A stretch of 64,000 bases of DNA from Limnothrix sp. BL-A-16 (GCA_041937175.2 CP166615.1:4096001-4160000), one strand, 5' to 3'. Counted from the first letter of the stretch, positions 31,645 to 41,369 are shown. A program made the numbers and translations. The notes: generated by a model from the sequence alone, not told the origin.

Positions 31645-31669
31645 AATCCCGATTAAAAAAGTCGGGATT
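31645..31669. promoter_or_regulatory. Rrf2-family (IscR/CymR-type) operator-like palindrome
   Basis: AATCCCGATTAAAAAAGTCGGGATT, 25 bp, with the same geometry as the IscR type-1 consensus ATASYYGACTRWWWYAGTCRRSTAT. Confidence 0.6.
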
Positions 31670-31789
31670 TGTTTTACACCGGTTTCAACGCCCAAAACCC
31701 GGATCTGTAAAGGGATATGTCGATCGCCCGCCATCGGTTAAGCTATCGATCGCACCTTGCTACAAAATTTTTATTTTTCTTAAGAAACT

Positions 31790-33868
31790 GTGATGGTCAT
31801 CGGGCGGCGAGGGCATGGGTGGCAACGGTGGGTGATGGTGACAGGCTGTGCCATGGCGATAACCCTTTTGGGGGATGGTTTTGCCACGGGGTTTCCCATG
31901 GGCGTTGTTGCCGGAAACCACCCACCTGACCCATCGGCCGCCCTTGCCCTTACGTCACCCCTTTTGCCCATCGGTCAATTTGAAGCGACCCCTTGCCCAT
32001 CGCTGCTGCGCACCGAGGCCTTGGCTCGGTTGGGCGATCGATTGCGTTGTGGCTTTGTGACCGTGCCGGAGCGCCACGCCAACCCCACGGGCCCCACCAT
32101 TCGCCTGGCCGTGGCCCAAATTCGCAGCGATCGCCCCCAGGCCCAACCGGATCCCCTGGTGATGGCCCAAGGGGGGCCCGGTGGTTCCACCCTGATGCTG
32201 CTGGAACCCTGGTGGGAAGCCATCGCCGCCACGCCGGGCCTGGGCGATCGGGACTTGGTGCTGATTGAGCAACGGGGCACGCAATTTTCCCAGCCCTATT
32301 TGTTTTGCCAAGAAATCTACGAGGTCGATCGACAGATTGCGCCCCAACTGCCCCAGCTCAGCGAGGAAACTATTAACCAAAAAACCCTGGCGGCCTATGG
32401 GGCCTGTCGCGATCGCCTTTTGGGCCAAGGGGTGGATCTGGGAGCCTATAACAGTTGGGAAAATGCTGACGATATCCCGCTGGTGATGTCCGCCCTGGGC
32501 TACGACCGCTTCAATTTCTATGGGGTGTCCTACGGGACGATGCTGGGCCAACACCTGATGAAGCGCCATCCCGATCGACTGCGGAGCGTGATTTTAGATG
32601 CGGTGGTTCCCCTGAACACCAACTACATCACCGAATCCTTGCACAGTCACGATCGGGCCCTGCGGCAACTGTTTGAACAATGTCGGCGATCGCCCGTTTG
32701 CCAGCGGGAATATCCCCGTCTGCAAGAAACCTTCCAAGCCGTGGTGGCCCAACTGGAGCGCCAGCCCATCACCACTGAAGGCTTTGACGCGATCGCCTAC
32801 GTGGATGCGCAACTGCAAGCGGGGCGATCGGGCCGAGTCCTGGCCGCCAATGGTGAGCAATTTTGGCGCACCGTGGCGATCGACGGCGATGGGCTGGTTA
32901 ACCTGGTCATTTCAGCGCTCTACGACAGCAGCTTAATTCCGCAACTCCCGGAATGGCTGCGTGAAATGCGATCGGGCGACTGGTCTTCCCTCACGGAGCT
33001 AGCGTCCGATTGGTTCAGCCCCCTGGCCGACGGAATGCAACAATCGGTGCTTTGTGCCGAAGAAGCCGGATTCAACACCCCCATAACCACCGACTTGGGC
33101 AGCATCCTGCCGGAATTACGCCCCCTCAGCACCGATCCGCAAGAATTTCTAGACAGTTGCCGCCTCTGGCCGGTTCCCACCTTGGGCCCCGAAGCCAACC
33201 GTCCCGTGAGCACCAACATTCCCACCCTGTTGCTGTCGGGCAACTTAGATCCGGTCACGCCGCCACCCTTTGGCAATCAGGTGGCTGCTAGCCTGTCCCA
33301 TGCCTATCACTACACCTTTCCCGGGTTGGGCCATGGGGCCTTTGCCAGCAGTGATTGCGCCAACCGCCTGGTTCGCGATTTTTTGCGCAATCCAAACCAA
33401 GCTCCCGATGGGCGCTGTGCGGCTCAGGTGCAATTTATGCCCCAAGTGCCGATGATTCCCGCCCTGCACGCGATCGCGGTGTGGGGCACGCGAGTTCGAT
33501 CGCTCGTTCCCTTGGGTTGGCAGCGAGATCCGATCCTGACCAACCTGTGGCGATCGCCCGCAATGGAACTCAATGAAGGCCGAATCAGCTTCACATGGGT
33601 GGTGGGCGAAACCGGCCCCCAAGCCTTGCAACGATTGGGATTGACCGTTCCACTGACGGCCCAAGGATCCCAACAAGCGGGCGGGCGTACTTGGCAGCTT
33701 TACACCAGCCCCCAAAACCCGGTGCAGGTGGCCACCACCACCGACGGCCAGGATACGTATCTCATCGCAGTAGAAAGCTTGCGCCAACGATCGCGCCAAG
33801 CCATTTTGCAAGGGGCGATCGCCGGGTTTCAACTGGCCCCCGCCATTGCGTTGCCGCCCAAGCCATAA
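31790..33868 (+). CDS. Secreted alpha/beta hydrolase (TAP-like peptidase)
   Basis: Hydrophobic N-terminus, QGGPGGS, nucleophile GVSYG, DPVTP, GHG. Start uncertain. Confidence 0.82.
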   Translation: MMVIGRRGHGWQRWVMVTGCAMAITLLGDGFATGFPMGVVAGNHPPDPSAALALTSPLLPIGQFEATPCPSLLRTEALARLGDRLRCGFVTVPERHANPTGPTIRLAVAQIRSDRPQAQPDPLVMAQGGPGGSTLMLLEPWWEAIAATPGLGDRDLVLIEQRGTQFSQPYLFCQEIYEVDRQIAPQLPQLSEETINQKTLAAYGACRDRLLGQGVDLGAYNSWENADDIPLVMSALGYDRFNFYGVSYGTMLGQHLMKRHPDRLRSVILDAVVPLNTNYITESLHSHDRALRQLFEQCRRSPVCQREYPRLQETFQAVVAQLERQPITTEGFDAIAYVDAQLQAGRSGRVLAANGEQFWRTVAIDGDGLVNLVISALYDSSLIPQLPEWLREMRSGDWSSLTELASDWFSPLADGMQQSVLCAEEAGFNTPITTDLGSILPELRPLSTDPQEFLDSCRLWPVPTLGPEANRPVSTNIPTLLLSGNLDPVTPPPFGNQVAASLSHAYHYTFPGLGHGAFASSDCANRLVRDFLRNPNQAPDGRCAAQVQFMPQVPMIPALHAIAVWGTRVRSLVPLGWQRDPILTNLWRSPAMELNEGRISFTWVVGETGPQALQRLGLTVPLTAQGSQQAGGRTWQLYTSPQNPVQVATTTDGQDTYLIAVESLRQRSRQAILQGAIAGFQLAPAIALPPKP

Positions 33869-33937
33869 CCCCGGACTGATTAGTACCGAATTAATTAGGC
33901 TTTAGCCCCTGAGTTCCAGCCCATGGGTGCTCACTCA

Positions 33938-34780
33938 TCAGCTCATGGGCGTAGGTGTCGGGACAACCATCGCCGGGGCCGGCCGGCCCCGGCGCGCCAC
34001 CTCCACAAACTGGCTAACCCGGTTCGGGTCGATCGGCAAATCCCGCCGGCCTCGCCGCTTCAGGGAACTGGCCACAATCACCCCATCCGCCACTTCCAGC
34101 AGTTGCGCCACATTGTCGTAATTAGCCCCGCTGCCCACAAAGATCGGCGTATCCCCCGCAGCGGCCTTGGCTAACTCCAAGTCTTCGATATTGGGCGGGC
34201 TGCCGGTGGCCCATCCCGACAAAATGGCCCCGTCGGCCAAACCGCGCTCGATCGTGTCTTGCACCGCCACCGTTAAGTTGGGTGACCCGATCGGGCGAGC
34301 ATGTTTCACCAACACATCCGCCAAAATCTTGACATCACTGCCCAGTTCCCGCCGGTAACGCAGGAGCTGGTGGGCCTGGCCTTCAATCAATCCCTGATCG
34401 GTGGCCATCACCCCCGACAGCACATTGACCCGAATAAAGTGCGCCCCGGTGCAAGAGGCGATTGCAATGGCCGAATGGGCATCATTGCGCAACACATTCA
34501 CCCCGATCGGTAAAGTCACCAAATTTTGTAAATGGTGAACCACCAGCGTCATGGCACTCACCACCGCCGGATCAACCGCATCTTTCGGAAAAGGGGCATC
34601 AAAAAAATTTTCCACCAAAATCGCATCCACCCCACCGGCAGCCAGCGCCACTGCTTCCTGTTCAGCGCGCTCAATAACTGCCTTAAGGCTCAGTCCCCAC
34701 CGCGCAGAACTCGGCAGCGGCAACAAGTGGACGACTCCAATGATTGGCTTAGGATGTTTAAAGACTCGATCTAGATCCAC
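33938..34780 (-). CDS. btpA: Photosystem I biogenesis protein BtpA
   Basis: IIGVVHLLPLP, VENFFDAPF, GVNVLRND, ADVLVKHA. GTG at 34780 (VDLDRVF). Confidence 0.93.
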   Translation of the reverse strand: MDLDRVFKHPKPIIGVVHLLPLPSSARWGLSLKAVIERAEQEAVALAAGGVDAILVENFFDAPFPKDAVDPAVVSAMTLVVHHLQNLVTLPIGVNVLRNDAHSAIAIASCTGAHFIRVNVLSGVMATDQGLIEGQAHQLLRYRRELGSDVKILADVLVKHARPIGSPNLTVAVQDTIERGLADGAILSGWATGSPPNIEDLELAKAAAGDTPIFVGSGANYDNVAQLLEVADGVIVASSLKRRGRRDLPIDPNRVSQFVEVARRGRPAPAMVVPTPTPMS

Positions 34781-34861
34781 GCAAAGACCTGAAAACTCGG
34801 CGAAACACAGCGGCGTTGCTAGCACCCCCCATTCTATCGAGCTTAGGGATCCCAGTCGGGT

Positions 34862-34996
34862 CAAATTTTCGGGCAAATTTTGAGGCCAGTTTTCGGGCGC
34901 GTTCTCGGGCAGGTTTTTGGGCACAGGGTGCGCCGTCGATCTTCATCCATTTCTGAGTCGGGTTTGGGGTGGTGTTTGGGGTGGTGTTTGGGGTGT
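34862..34996. repeat. Two runs of 12-bp degenerate tandem repeats upstream of btpA
   Basis: TTTTCGGGCAAA-like x5 and GTTTGGGGTGGT x3. Confidence 0.7.
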
Positions 34997-35293
34997 CTCC
35001 CTGTCCGCTTATTTGCAGAGTGATTTCGACCCCATCCACCCCTGTAGTTAATGCCCATAAACTCATGCCCAGAAAATCCTGAATTCCAAGACTCCTTAGC
35101 CAGAGCAGAGCAAAACCTGTCTGGGAGGCACAAGTATCTTGAAAACACAATATTTTACCCTGCGAGATGCGAGAGCTTATCCCACTCTCCCCTGATAGCT
35201 ACGAACTCATTTCTAGAAAATATTCATATAAGAAATACATTTTCGAGGCTAAGATGAAGGCCGAAGATTGTTTAGTACAGAGAGATTGGTGAA

Positions 35294-36907
35294 TTGATTC
35301 CTCAAGACTTTTTGAGACAAATTGCGAAGGAGCATAGTGTCTCGAATACCGAGCTGGATGTGCTGGCCGCAGCCATCAATGGTGAGCCGATGAATGCCAT
35401 TGCCCAACGCCTAGGAATCCGCCCAGAAGCGGCCCGTAAGCGCTTGGGTGAAGTGTATAAAAAGTTTCATATCGCTGGTGCTGGGCCAGGAAAATTGGCC
35501 AAGCTGCAGCAGATTTTGGTGTCTCAGTATCAAACCCGCCAAACACAAGGGCCGATCGTGGCAATGCCGGTCACCCCCGAAGTGGAAGTGGGCGAGTTGC
35601 CGCCTCAATATGATTGGGGAGAAGCGCCGGATATTTCGGCTTTCTATGGTCGTGCGCAGGAGCTGACCGCCCTGCAAACCTGGATTTCTCAAGATCACTG
35701 CCGTGTGGTGGCCTTGCTGGGGATCGCGGGGATTGGCAAGACGGCGTTGGCGGTTCGTTTGGCTCGATCGCTCGAGGAGCAAGAGGAGTTTGAGTTCATC
35801 ATTTGGCGATCGCTCCGCCATGGGGTTTCGCCTCGCGAAGTGATTGGCCGGTTGGTGCAAACCTTGTCTCGCAAGCGCCAAACCTATTTGCCCGACAGCA
35901 CCCATAACCGGATCACGTTGCTGATTGACTATCTGCGTCAACACCGTTGCCTGTTGGTGCTGGATGGGGTGGAGTCCGTACTGCGTCAGGGGGATATCTC
36001 CGGGCAATACCGCGACGGGTTTGAGGACTATGGTGAATTGCTGCGCCGGGTGGGTGAAGAGTCACACCAAAGCTGCCTGCTGCTCACCAGTTCTGAAAAG
36101 CCCCGTGAGGTGGCTCGCCTAGAGGGGAATACGCTGCCGGTGCGGGTGTCGCAGTTGGGTGCATTGGGCCCCGATGAGGCGGGTGAGATTTTCCGCGACA
36201 AGGGCTTGCAAGAGGAAAAACTCTGGAAAGAGTTGATTGATTTGTATCGGGGAAACCCGCTCACCTTGAAGATTGCTTCGACCACGATTCAAGAACTGTT
36301 TGGCGGTCGGGTGTCGGAGTTCCTGAAGCAATCGACGCTGGTGTTTGGGGATATTCGCGATTTGTTGCAACGCCAGTTCGATCGCCTGTCAGATATTGAA
36401 CGGGCGATTGTTTATTGGTTGGCGATCGAACAGCAACCCCTGTCTTTGAGCCAACTGCGCGATAAAATTTCGATTCCGTTCTCGCAACCGGAATTAATCG
36501 AAGCGTTGGAATCCCTGGGCCGGCGATCACTGATTGAGCGTGGCGCGGCCGGTGGGGCCATGTTTGGTCTGCAACCGGTGGTCTTGGAATATGTGACCCA
36601 AGAGTTTACCGATCGGGCTTGCTATGAATTGCAAGACCTATTGCGTACCCAAAAAATCGATCGCCTGGATCTGTTCCGTACCCATGCCCTCGAAGCCTCT
36701 GAGGGTAAAGACACGGGGCCAATTCTGCCGGCCGTGAAGGATCGGTTGCGGAAGCTGATTCGCAACGATCGCCAGCTCGAAGGTCAGCTCGATCGGGTGT
36801 TGGCTGTTTTGCAAGCCAAGTTTCCCCTCGAAGTGGGCTATGCCACCAGCAATGTCCAAAGCGTTTTGGAGTCGCTGCAGGTGGATCTGCCGCCGGTTGA
36901 AGCCTAG
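35294..36907 (+). CDS. HTH + NB-ARC (STAND) ATPase without C-terminal repeat domain
   Basis: N-terminal HTH (IAQRLGIRPEAARKRL), DWGEAPD, Walker A GIAGIGKT, Walker B LLVLDGVE, GNPL, LQPVV. TTG start. Confidence 0.85.
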   Translation: MIPQDFLRQIAKEHSVSNTELDVLAAAINGEPMNAIAQRLGIRPEAARKRLGEVYKKFHIAGAGPGKLAKLQQILVSQYQTRQTQGPIVAMPVTPEVEVGELPPQYDWGEAPDISAFYGRAQELTALQTWISQDHCRVVALLGIAGIGKTALAVRLARSLEEQEEFEFIIWRSLRHGVSPREVIGRLVQTLSRKRQTYLPDSTHNRITLLIDYLRQHRCLLVLDGVESVLRQGDISGQYRDGFEDYGELLRRVGEESHQSCLLLTSSEKPREVARLEGNTLPVRVSQLGALGPDEAGEIFRDKGLQEEKLWKELIDLYRGNPLTLKIASTTIQELFGGRVSEFLKQSTLVFGDIRDLLQRQFDRLSDIERAIVYWLAIEQQPLSLSQLRDKISIPFSQPELIEALESLGRRSLIERGAAGGAMFGLQPVVLEYVTQEFTDRACYELQDLLRTQKIDRLDLFRTHALEASEGKDTGPILPAVKDRLRKLIRNDRQLEGQLDRVLAVLQAKFPLEVGYATSNVQSVLESLQVDLPPVEA

Positions 36908-37190
36908 GAGCCATCGTCATCGGCTGGCGCGAGGCTAAACCGATTGAGTTTTGGTGCGTCAGTGGCCGTAACAAGGGGCTTAAGCCCCTTGTCTCTCCTG
37001 GTCTGCTCGCCGTAACAAGGGGCTGGAATCCCTTGTCTCTTATGGTCTGCTCGCCGTAACAAGGGGCTGAAGTTCCTTGTCTCTCCTGAATCTGCTCGCT
37101 GTAACAAGGGGCTGAAGTTCCTTGTCCCTCCTGATCTGCTAACGGCAAAATCAGGCTTTTGGGTGATTCGACCTCAATCAAGACCCTCAC
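36905..37190. mobile_element. MITE shell B with internal 44-45-bp unit amplified x4
   Basis: Left end TAGGAGCCATCGTCA resembles TAGGGCCTATCGTCA at 49080. Four tandem units GTAACAAGGGGCT....CCTTGTCTCTCCTG.TCTGCTCGC span about 36968-37140. Confidence 0.7.
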
Positions 37191-37265
37191 TTCCTCTCTC
37201 TTCCGCTTGCTTGGAGAGCCAGGGGGTGAGGTTTTTTGATTGGAATATGCATTTTTGACCAACGC

Positions 37266-37832
37266 TCAAGAGGCGGCCCCAGTTTGACCATAGCCCGCTT
37301 GGCCGTAGTAGGTGCTGTAATCCATATGTAAGCGAGGATTCAGCAAATCTGAGACCGGGTGATTTTGCCGCAGATGTTCCTCAACAATCCTAGACACATC
37401 CGCTGGTGCTACCCGGGCATACCAAGTTTCATCCGGCACAATTCGCACACTGGGGCCCAAGTGGCACTGGCCATGACAATCGCTGGCGGTAACGGTGACC
37501 CCCGCTGGTAAGGCGGCGCTCTGGAAAGCGGCCAGCACGGCTCCCGATCGATTGCGGTAGCAGTGAACGTTTTGACAAATCAGGATCGATCGCCCATTTT
37601 CCCCAGCACCTAACTCGGCCGCAGGCTGGTTTTGGGATTGGAGTTCAGAATCAGCGGCGTTGGTCATAGCGGTAGCCGGGGCTTGCTTGGGTGTGTTTGG
37701 TGTGGAGTTGGGCGTGGAGTTGGGTGTGGATTGGGGCGCGGAGTGCGTCACGGGTGGCTTTCGAGGTAGTGGAATGGATGGGGCAAGGAGTCTGGCCAGG
37801 AGTCGAGACCGCCATCCCTCTGATTCCGCCAT
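37266..37832 (-). CDS. Thioredoxin-like [2Fe-2S] ferredoxin
   Basis: CQNVHC...CHGQCHLGP...WY...IVEEHL. The true start may be ATG 37667. Confidence 0.8.
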   Translation of the reverse strand: MAESEGWRSRLLARLLAPSIPLPRKPPVTHSAPQSTPNSTPNSTPNTPKQAPATAMTNAADSELQSQNQPAAELGAGENGRSILICQNVHCYRNRSGAVLAAFQSAALPAGVTVTASDCHGQCHLGPSVRIVPDETWYARVAPADVSRIVEEHLRQNHPVSDLLNPRLHMDYSTYYGQAGYGQTGAAS

Positions 37833-37883
37833 CCCTCTGATTATGATGGTTCAAGAAGCGAGTCGGAGGCGAAGGCAACCCCC

Positions 37884-38819
37884 ATGGGCGATCGGACGGC
37901 CATCCCTTGGCTGTATCTGTGGCAAGAAACCCGGCAAGGCCTGCGACGGGGCGGCTGGATGAATTGGGCCGCCGTGGGCACGGTGGCCGTGTCCCTATTT
38001 CTGTTTGGCATTAGCTTGCAGGGCACTTGGTATCTCGATCGGGCCCTGGCCAAACTGGGGAGCCAACTCGAAATTTGCGTGTATTTGCAACCCGGGGCCC
38101 AAACCGCCGCCGTTGCCCGATCGATCGCCCAGCTCGAAGGCGTGGTGGCCGTGCAAGTGATTCCGAAAGATCAAGCCTGGCAAGCATTGGTTCGGGATTT
38201 GGGCATTTCGGATATTGCCCGCGCCACCCAACAGTTGGAAGGCAACCCCCTCACTGACGAGCTGAAAGCCCAAGCGGCCCGGGCCGAGCTGACTCCCCAA
38301 CTGGCGGCCACCATTGCCCAATTGCCCGGCGTGGATGCGGCCCGGTATGCGGCGGAAGTGGTGGTGCGGCTGCGGGAGCTGGATTGGGGGCTAAAGGTGG
38401 TGGCCACGGGCACGATCGTCCTGTTGGTTTCCGCCGCGATCGCTACGATCATCACCGCCATCCGGTTGGTGGTGGCCGCCCGTCGCCAAGAAATTGAAAT
38501 TGCTCAACTGGTGGGGGCAACTCCTGTTTGGATCTATCTGCCCTTCATTCTTCAAGGGGCGGTTTTTGGGGTTCAGGGAGCCTCGATCGCCAGCTTGGCT
38601 GTCATGGCCTTGCAACAGGCCCTCGGTTCCTTGCTCAACAGCCGCTTGGGATTGGTGCAACTGCTGGCCCGAGACTTGCCCCTCACGGGTTCTGACTTGC
38701 TCCTGTTGCTTTCGATTTTGGTAGGGTTTGGCTGTTCCGTGGGTCTCTTGGGCAGCTATGTGGCCGTGCGTCGCACCACCAGCGACTTGGCGATCAGGGG
38801 CGCGGAGTTTGAGGTTTAG
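37884..38819 (+). CDS. ftsX: Cell-division ABC permease FtsX
   Basis: GLRRGGWMNWAA, GNPL, ARRQEIEIAQLVGAT...PFILQG, four TM segments. Confidence 0.88.
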   Translation: MGDRTAIPWLYLWQETRQGLRRGGWMNWAAVGTVAVSLFLFGISLQGTWYLDRALAKLGSQLEICVYLQPGAQTAAVARSIAQLEGVVAVQVIPKDQAWQALVRDLGISDIARATQQLEGNPLTDELKAQAARAELTPQLAATIAQLPGVDAARYAAEVVVRLRELDWGLKVVATGTIVLLVSAAIATIITAIRLVVAARRQEIEIAQLVGATPVWIYLPFILQGAVFGVQGASIASLAVMALQQALGSLLNSRLGLVQLLARDLPLTGSDLLLLLSILVGFGCSVGLLGSYVAVRRTTSDLAIRGAEFEV

Positions 38820-38900
38820 TCCAAAATTGCGATCGACCCCAAGCATCAAAACCGTTGATTAACCCCAATCCCGAAACTCAGGTCTGAGGAGGCTTGTTTG

Positions 38901-39503
38901 ATGTTGCTTTCACACCGTTTGGCCCCTGCGGGGTCTGTGGCTTGGGTGCGCCCATGGCTCGATCGCGCGTTGGTGGGTTGTTTGGCTGGGGCGATTGCCC
39001 TGGCGCTATGGTTCGTTGGCCCCAATGCCGCCTGGGCCTTGGGTGGCCCGCAGCCGGCCTTGAATGCTCCGGCTCCCGATTTCACCCTGCCCAGCAACAG
39101 CGGTGATGGCATGATTTCGCTGCAAGATTACCGGGGCCAGTGGGTGGTGCTGTATTTCTACCCCAAGGATTTCACCTCCGGCTGCACGATCGAGGCCCAG
39201 CGGTTCCAGCGCGACTTGCCCCAATATCAAGCCCGTAACACCCAGATTTTGGGAGTTAGCGCCGATGATGTGGACAGCCACGCGGAATTCTGTGATGCGG
39301 AGGGGCTGCGTTTTCCCCTGTTGGCAGACACCGACGGGGCGGTCAGTCGGGCCTATGGTTCTTGGATGAATCCCATGTCCATGCGTCATACCTATCTGAT
39401 TGATCCGGAGGGGATGCTGCGCGATCGATTCTTGAAGGTGCGGCCAGTGGTTCACAGTGCGGAAGTGTTGGAACGGCTGGATCAGTTGCAGAAAGTCGGC
39501 TGA
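38901..39503 (+). CDS. Peroxiredoxin Q / BCP with N-terminal signal
   Basis: APDFTLP and LYFYPKDFTSGCTIEA. Confidence 0.9.
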   Translation: MLLSHRLAPAGSVAWVRPWLDRALVGCLAGAIALALWFVGPNAAWALGGPQPALNAPAPDFTLPSNSGDGMISLQDYRGQWVVLYFYPKDFTSGCTIEAQRFQRDLPQYQARNTQILGVSADDVDSHAEFCDAEGLRFPLLADTDGAVSRAYGSWMNPMSMRHTYLIDPEGMLRDRFLKVRPVVHSAEVLERLDQLQKVG

Positions 39504-39590
39504 TTGACGGCCGGGGCGATCGAAGTAGGGTGGAATTGGCCGAATTCATAGATTGAATTCATAACCTTGAGCTGAGGAGTTGCGATCGCG

Positions 39591-40541
39591 GTGGCTGTTC
39601 CCTCTTGTTCCCTGTCGATCATGGTGGCGCGTACGGATTTGCCATTCATGATGCATACCATTCCGCACCTGGTTCGGAGTTGTAACTTTCCCTTTGTGGA
39701 GCGGGTGCTGTTTGTGGACACGGCTCCCCTGTCTGGCGATAAGGTTCAGCGTCCGGGCCTAGGGACGATTGAGCAGTTGCGGGCCGCCTGCCAAGAACTG
39801 CTCGATCGCGGCATTGTCGATCGGCTCGCGGACATGGACTATGGCCAACGGCCCCAGGTTTACCGCAAACACTTCGGTTGGCCCCTGCCCCACACCCACA
39901 ACTGGAAGGGCTATCCCATCTTTGGCAGTCTCTACGCCCTCGAAGCGATCGCGGGTGATTATTTGCTGCACTTCGACAGCGACATGATGCTTTATCAAAA
40001 GCCCGGCCACGATTGGATTTCCGAAGGGGTGGAACTGCTCAAGGCCCGGCCCGATGTGATGTCCGTGCGGCCGTTGACGGGGCCGCCGGCCGATGCCATG
40101 CATCAGGTCAAACCTTTCACCCAAGACCCCGATGGATTTTATCGCTTCAAATTCTTCAGCAGCCGGGCCTTTTTGATCGATCGCCGTCGGTTTGACCAAC
40201 TCCTGCCCTGGCCTATTTTGTGGCATCGATCGCCCCGGCCCTGGTTTGACCAACTCCCCACCGTCCTGCGCACCGCCTTGTATGGAACCACCGGGCGCGG
40301 CCGCCTAGACTCCTGGGAATTAATGGTTTCCAAACGGCTGGAACGGGGCCCCTGGTGGCGGGCGGTGTTGCCGTCCACCGATGCTTGGACGGTGCATCCC
40401 AATTTGCGGTCGCCCGAATTTTTAGCCGCCCTGCCGCAAATTCTGGCCAAAATTGAACAGGGTTGGTATCCTCCGGAACAGGCGGGTCAATATGACTTGC
40501 AAATTCAGCCCTGGTTGGCGGCCCTGGCTACCGAGAATTAG
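39591..40541 (+). CDS. Putative GT-A fold glycosyltransferase
   Basis: DYLLHFDSDMML DxD motif; adjacent to a sugar transferase and gmd. Confidence 0.6.
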   Translation: MAVPSCSLSIMVARTDLPFMMHTIPHLVRSCNFPFVERVLFVDTAPLSGDKVQRPGLGTIEQLRAACQELLDRGIVDRLADMDYGQRPQVYRKHFGWPLPHTHNWKGYPIFGSLYALEAIAGDYLLHFDSDMMLYQKPGHDWISEGVELLKARPDVMSVRPLTGPPADAMHQVKPFTQDPDGFYRFKFFSSRAFLIDRRRFDQLLPWPILWHRSPRPWFDQLPTVLRTALYGTTGRGRLDSWELMVSKRLERGPWWRAVLPSTDAWTVHPNLRSPEFLAALPQILAKIEQGWYPPEQAGQYDLQIQPWLAALATEN

Positions 40542-40664
40542 CCACCGGAATTGGCTCGATCGCCCCGGTAGTCAGTTCTTGAAGCGTATTGTCCGGGCCG
40601 GACTTTCGGAACCAAGCCTTATCATTAGGCTCAGGTGTGGTGTGAACAAACTTGAAGGAGTGTC

Positions 40665-41369
40665 ATGCTGGCTAAGAGTCCTTCCGTTGCCAGCCGGGCC
40701 GGGCGATCGACCTCCCGTCGAAGCCTCGGGCCTGCCGTTATCAGCAACCTGAATGCGGACTTTGTTAAACGACTGTTTGACATCGTTTTTTCTCTATTTG
40801 TACTGATTGTTTTTTCGCCGCTGTATCTACTGCTGATTGCCCTGGTGGCCTTCAGCTCGCCTGGCCCGGTGTTTTATACCCAAAGTCGCGTCGGCAAAAA
40901 TTTCCGCCGCTTTCGGTGCATCAAATTTCGCACCATGGTGGTGAACGCCGATGAAATGTTGGCCGCCATGATCGCCAAGGATCCCGCCCTGCGGGCCGAA
41001 TATGCCGCCACCTGCAAGCTCAAGCGCGACCCTCGCATCACTTGGATTGGTCGCCTTTTGCGGGTGACCAGCTTGGACGAATTCCCCCAGTTTTTAAATG
41101 TATTGCTGGGGGATATGAGTGTGGTGGGGCCGCGGCCGTTGGTTCCCGAAGAATTGCCCATGTATGGTCGTCACATCCATAAGGTGCTGACCGTGAAGCC
41201 GGGAATTACCGGGCTATGGCAAGTGTCGGGCCGCAACGACATTCCCTACGATCGCCGCATTTCGATCGATGTGTACTACGCCAGTGCTCGGAACCTTTGG
41301 CTCGATATTTGGATCGTGTTAAAGACCCTCTGGGTGGTAATCGCCACCAAGGAGAACGGCGCTTACTAG
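40665..41369 (+). CDS. Polyprenyl-phosphate sugar phosphotransferase (bacterial sugar transferase)
   Basis: KRLFDI, KFRTM, DPRIT, SLDEFPQ, GDMSVVGPRP, KPGITGLWQVSGR. Confidence 0.92.
   Translation: MLAKSPSVASRAGRSTSRRSLGPAVISNLNADFVKRLFDIVFSLFVLIVFSPLYLLLIALVAFSSPGPVFYTQSRVGKNFRRFRCIKFRTMVVNADEMLAAMIAKDPALRAEYAATCKLKRDPRITWIGRLLRVTSLDEFPQFLNVLLGDMSVVGPRPLVPEELPMYGRHIHKVLTVKPGITGLWQVSGRNDIPYDRRISIDVYYASARNLWLDIWIVLKTLWVVIATKENGAY

Noticed and set aside
34781..34924. PEN-repeat N-terminal extension of BtpA
   Set aside because: It derives from non-coding 12-bp repeats; family similarity begins at GTG 34780.
36968..37140. Possible CRISPR array
   Set aside because: The inter-repeat segments are near-identical rather than unique spacers, no cas genes are present, and the unit is part of a dispersed MITE.
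36606..37262. 218-aa minus-strand ORF with repeats
   Set aside because: It is a translation of the MITE tandem units and overlaps the NB-ARC gene.
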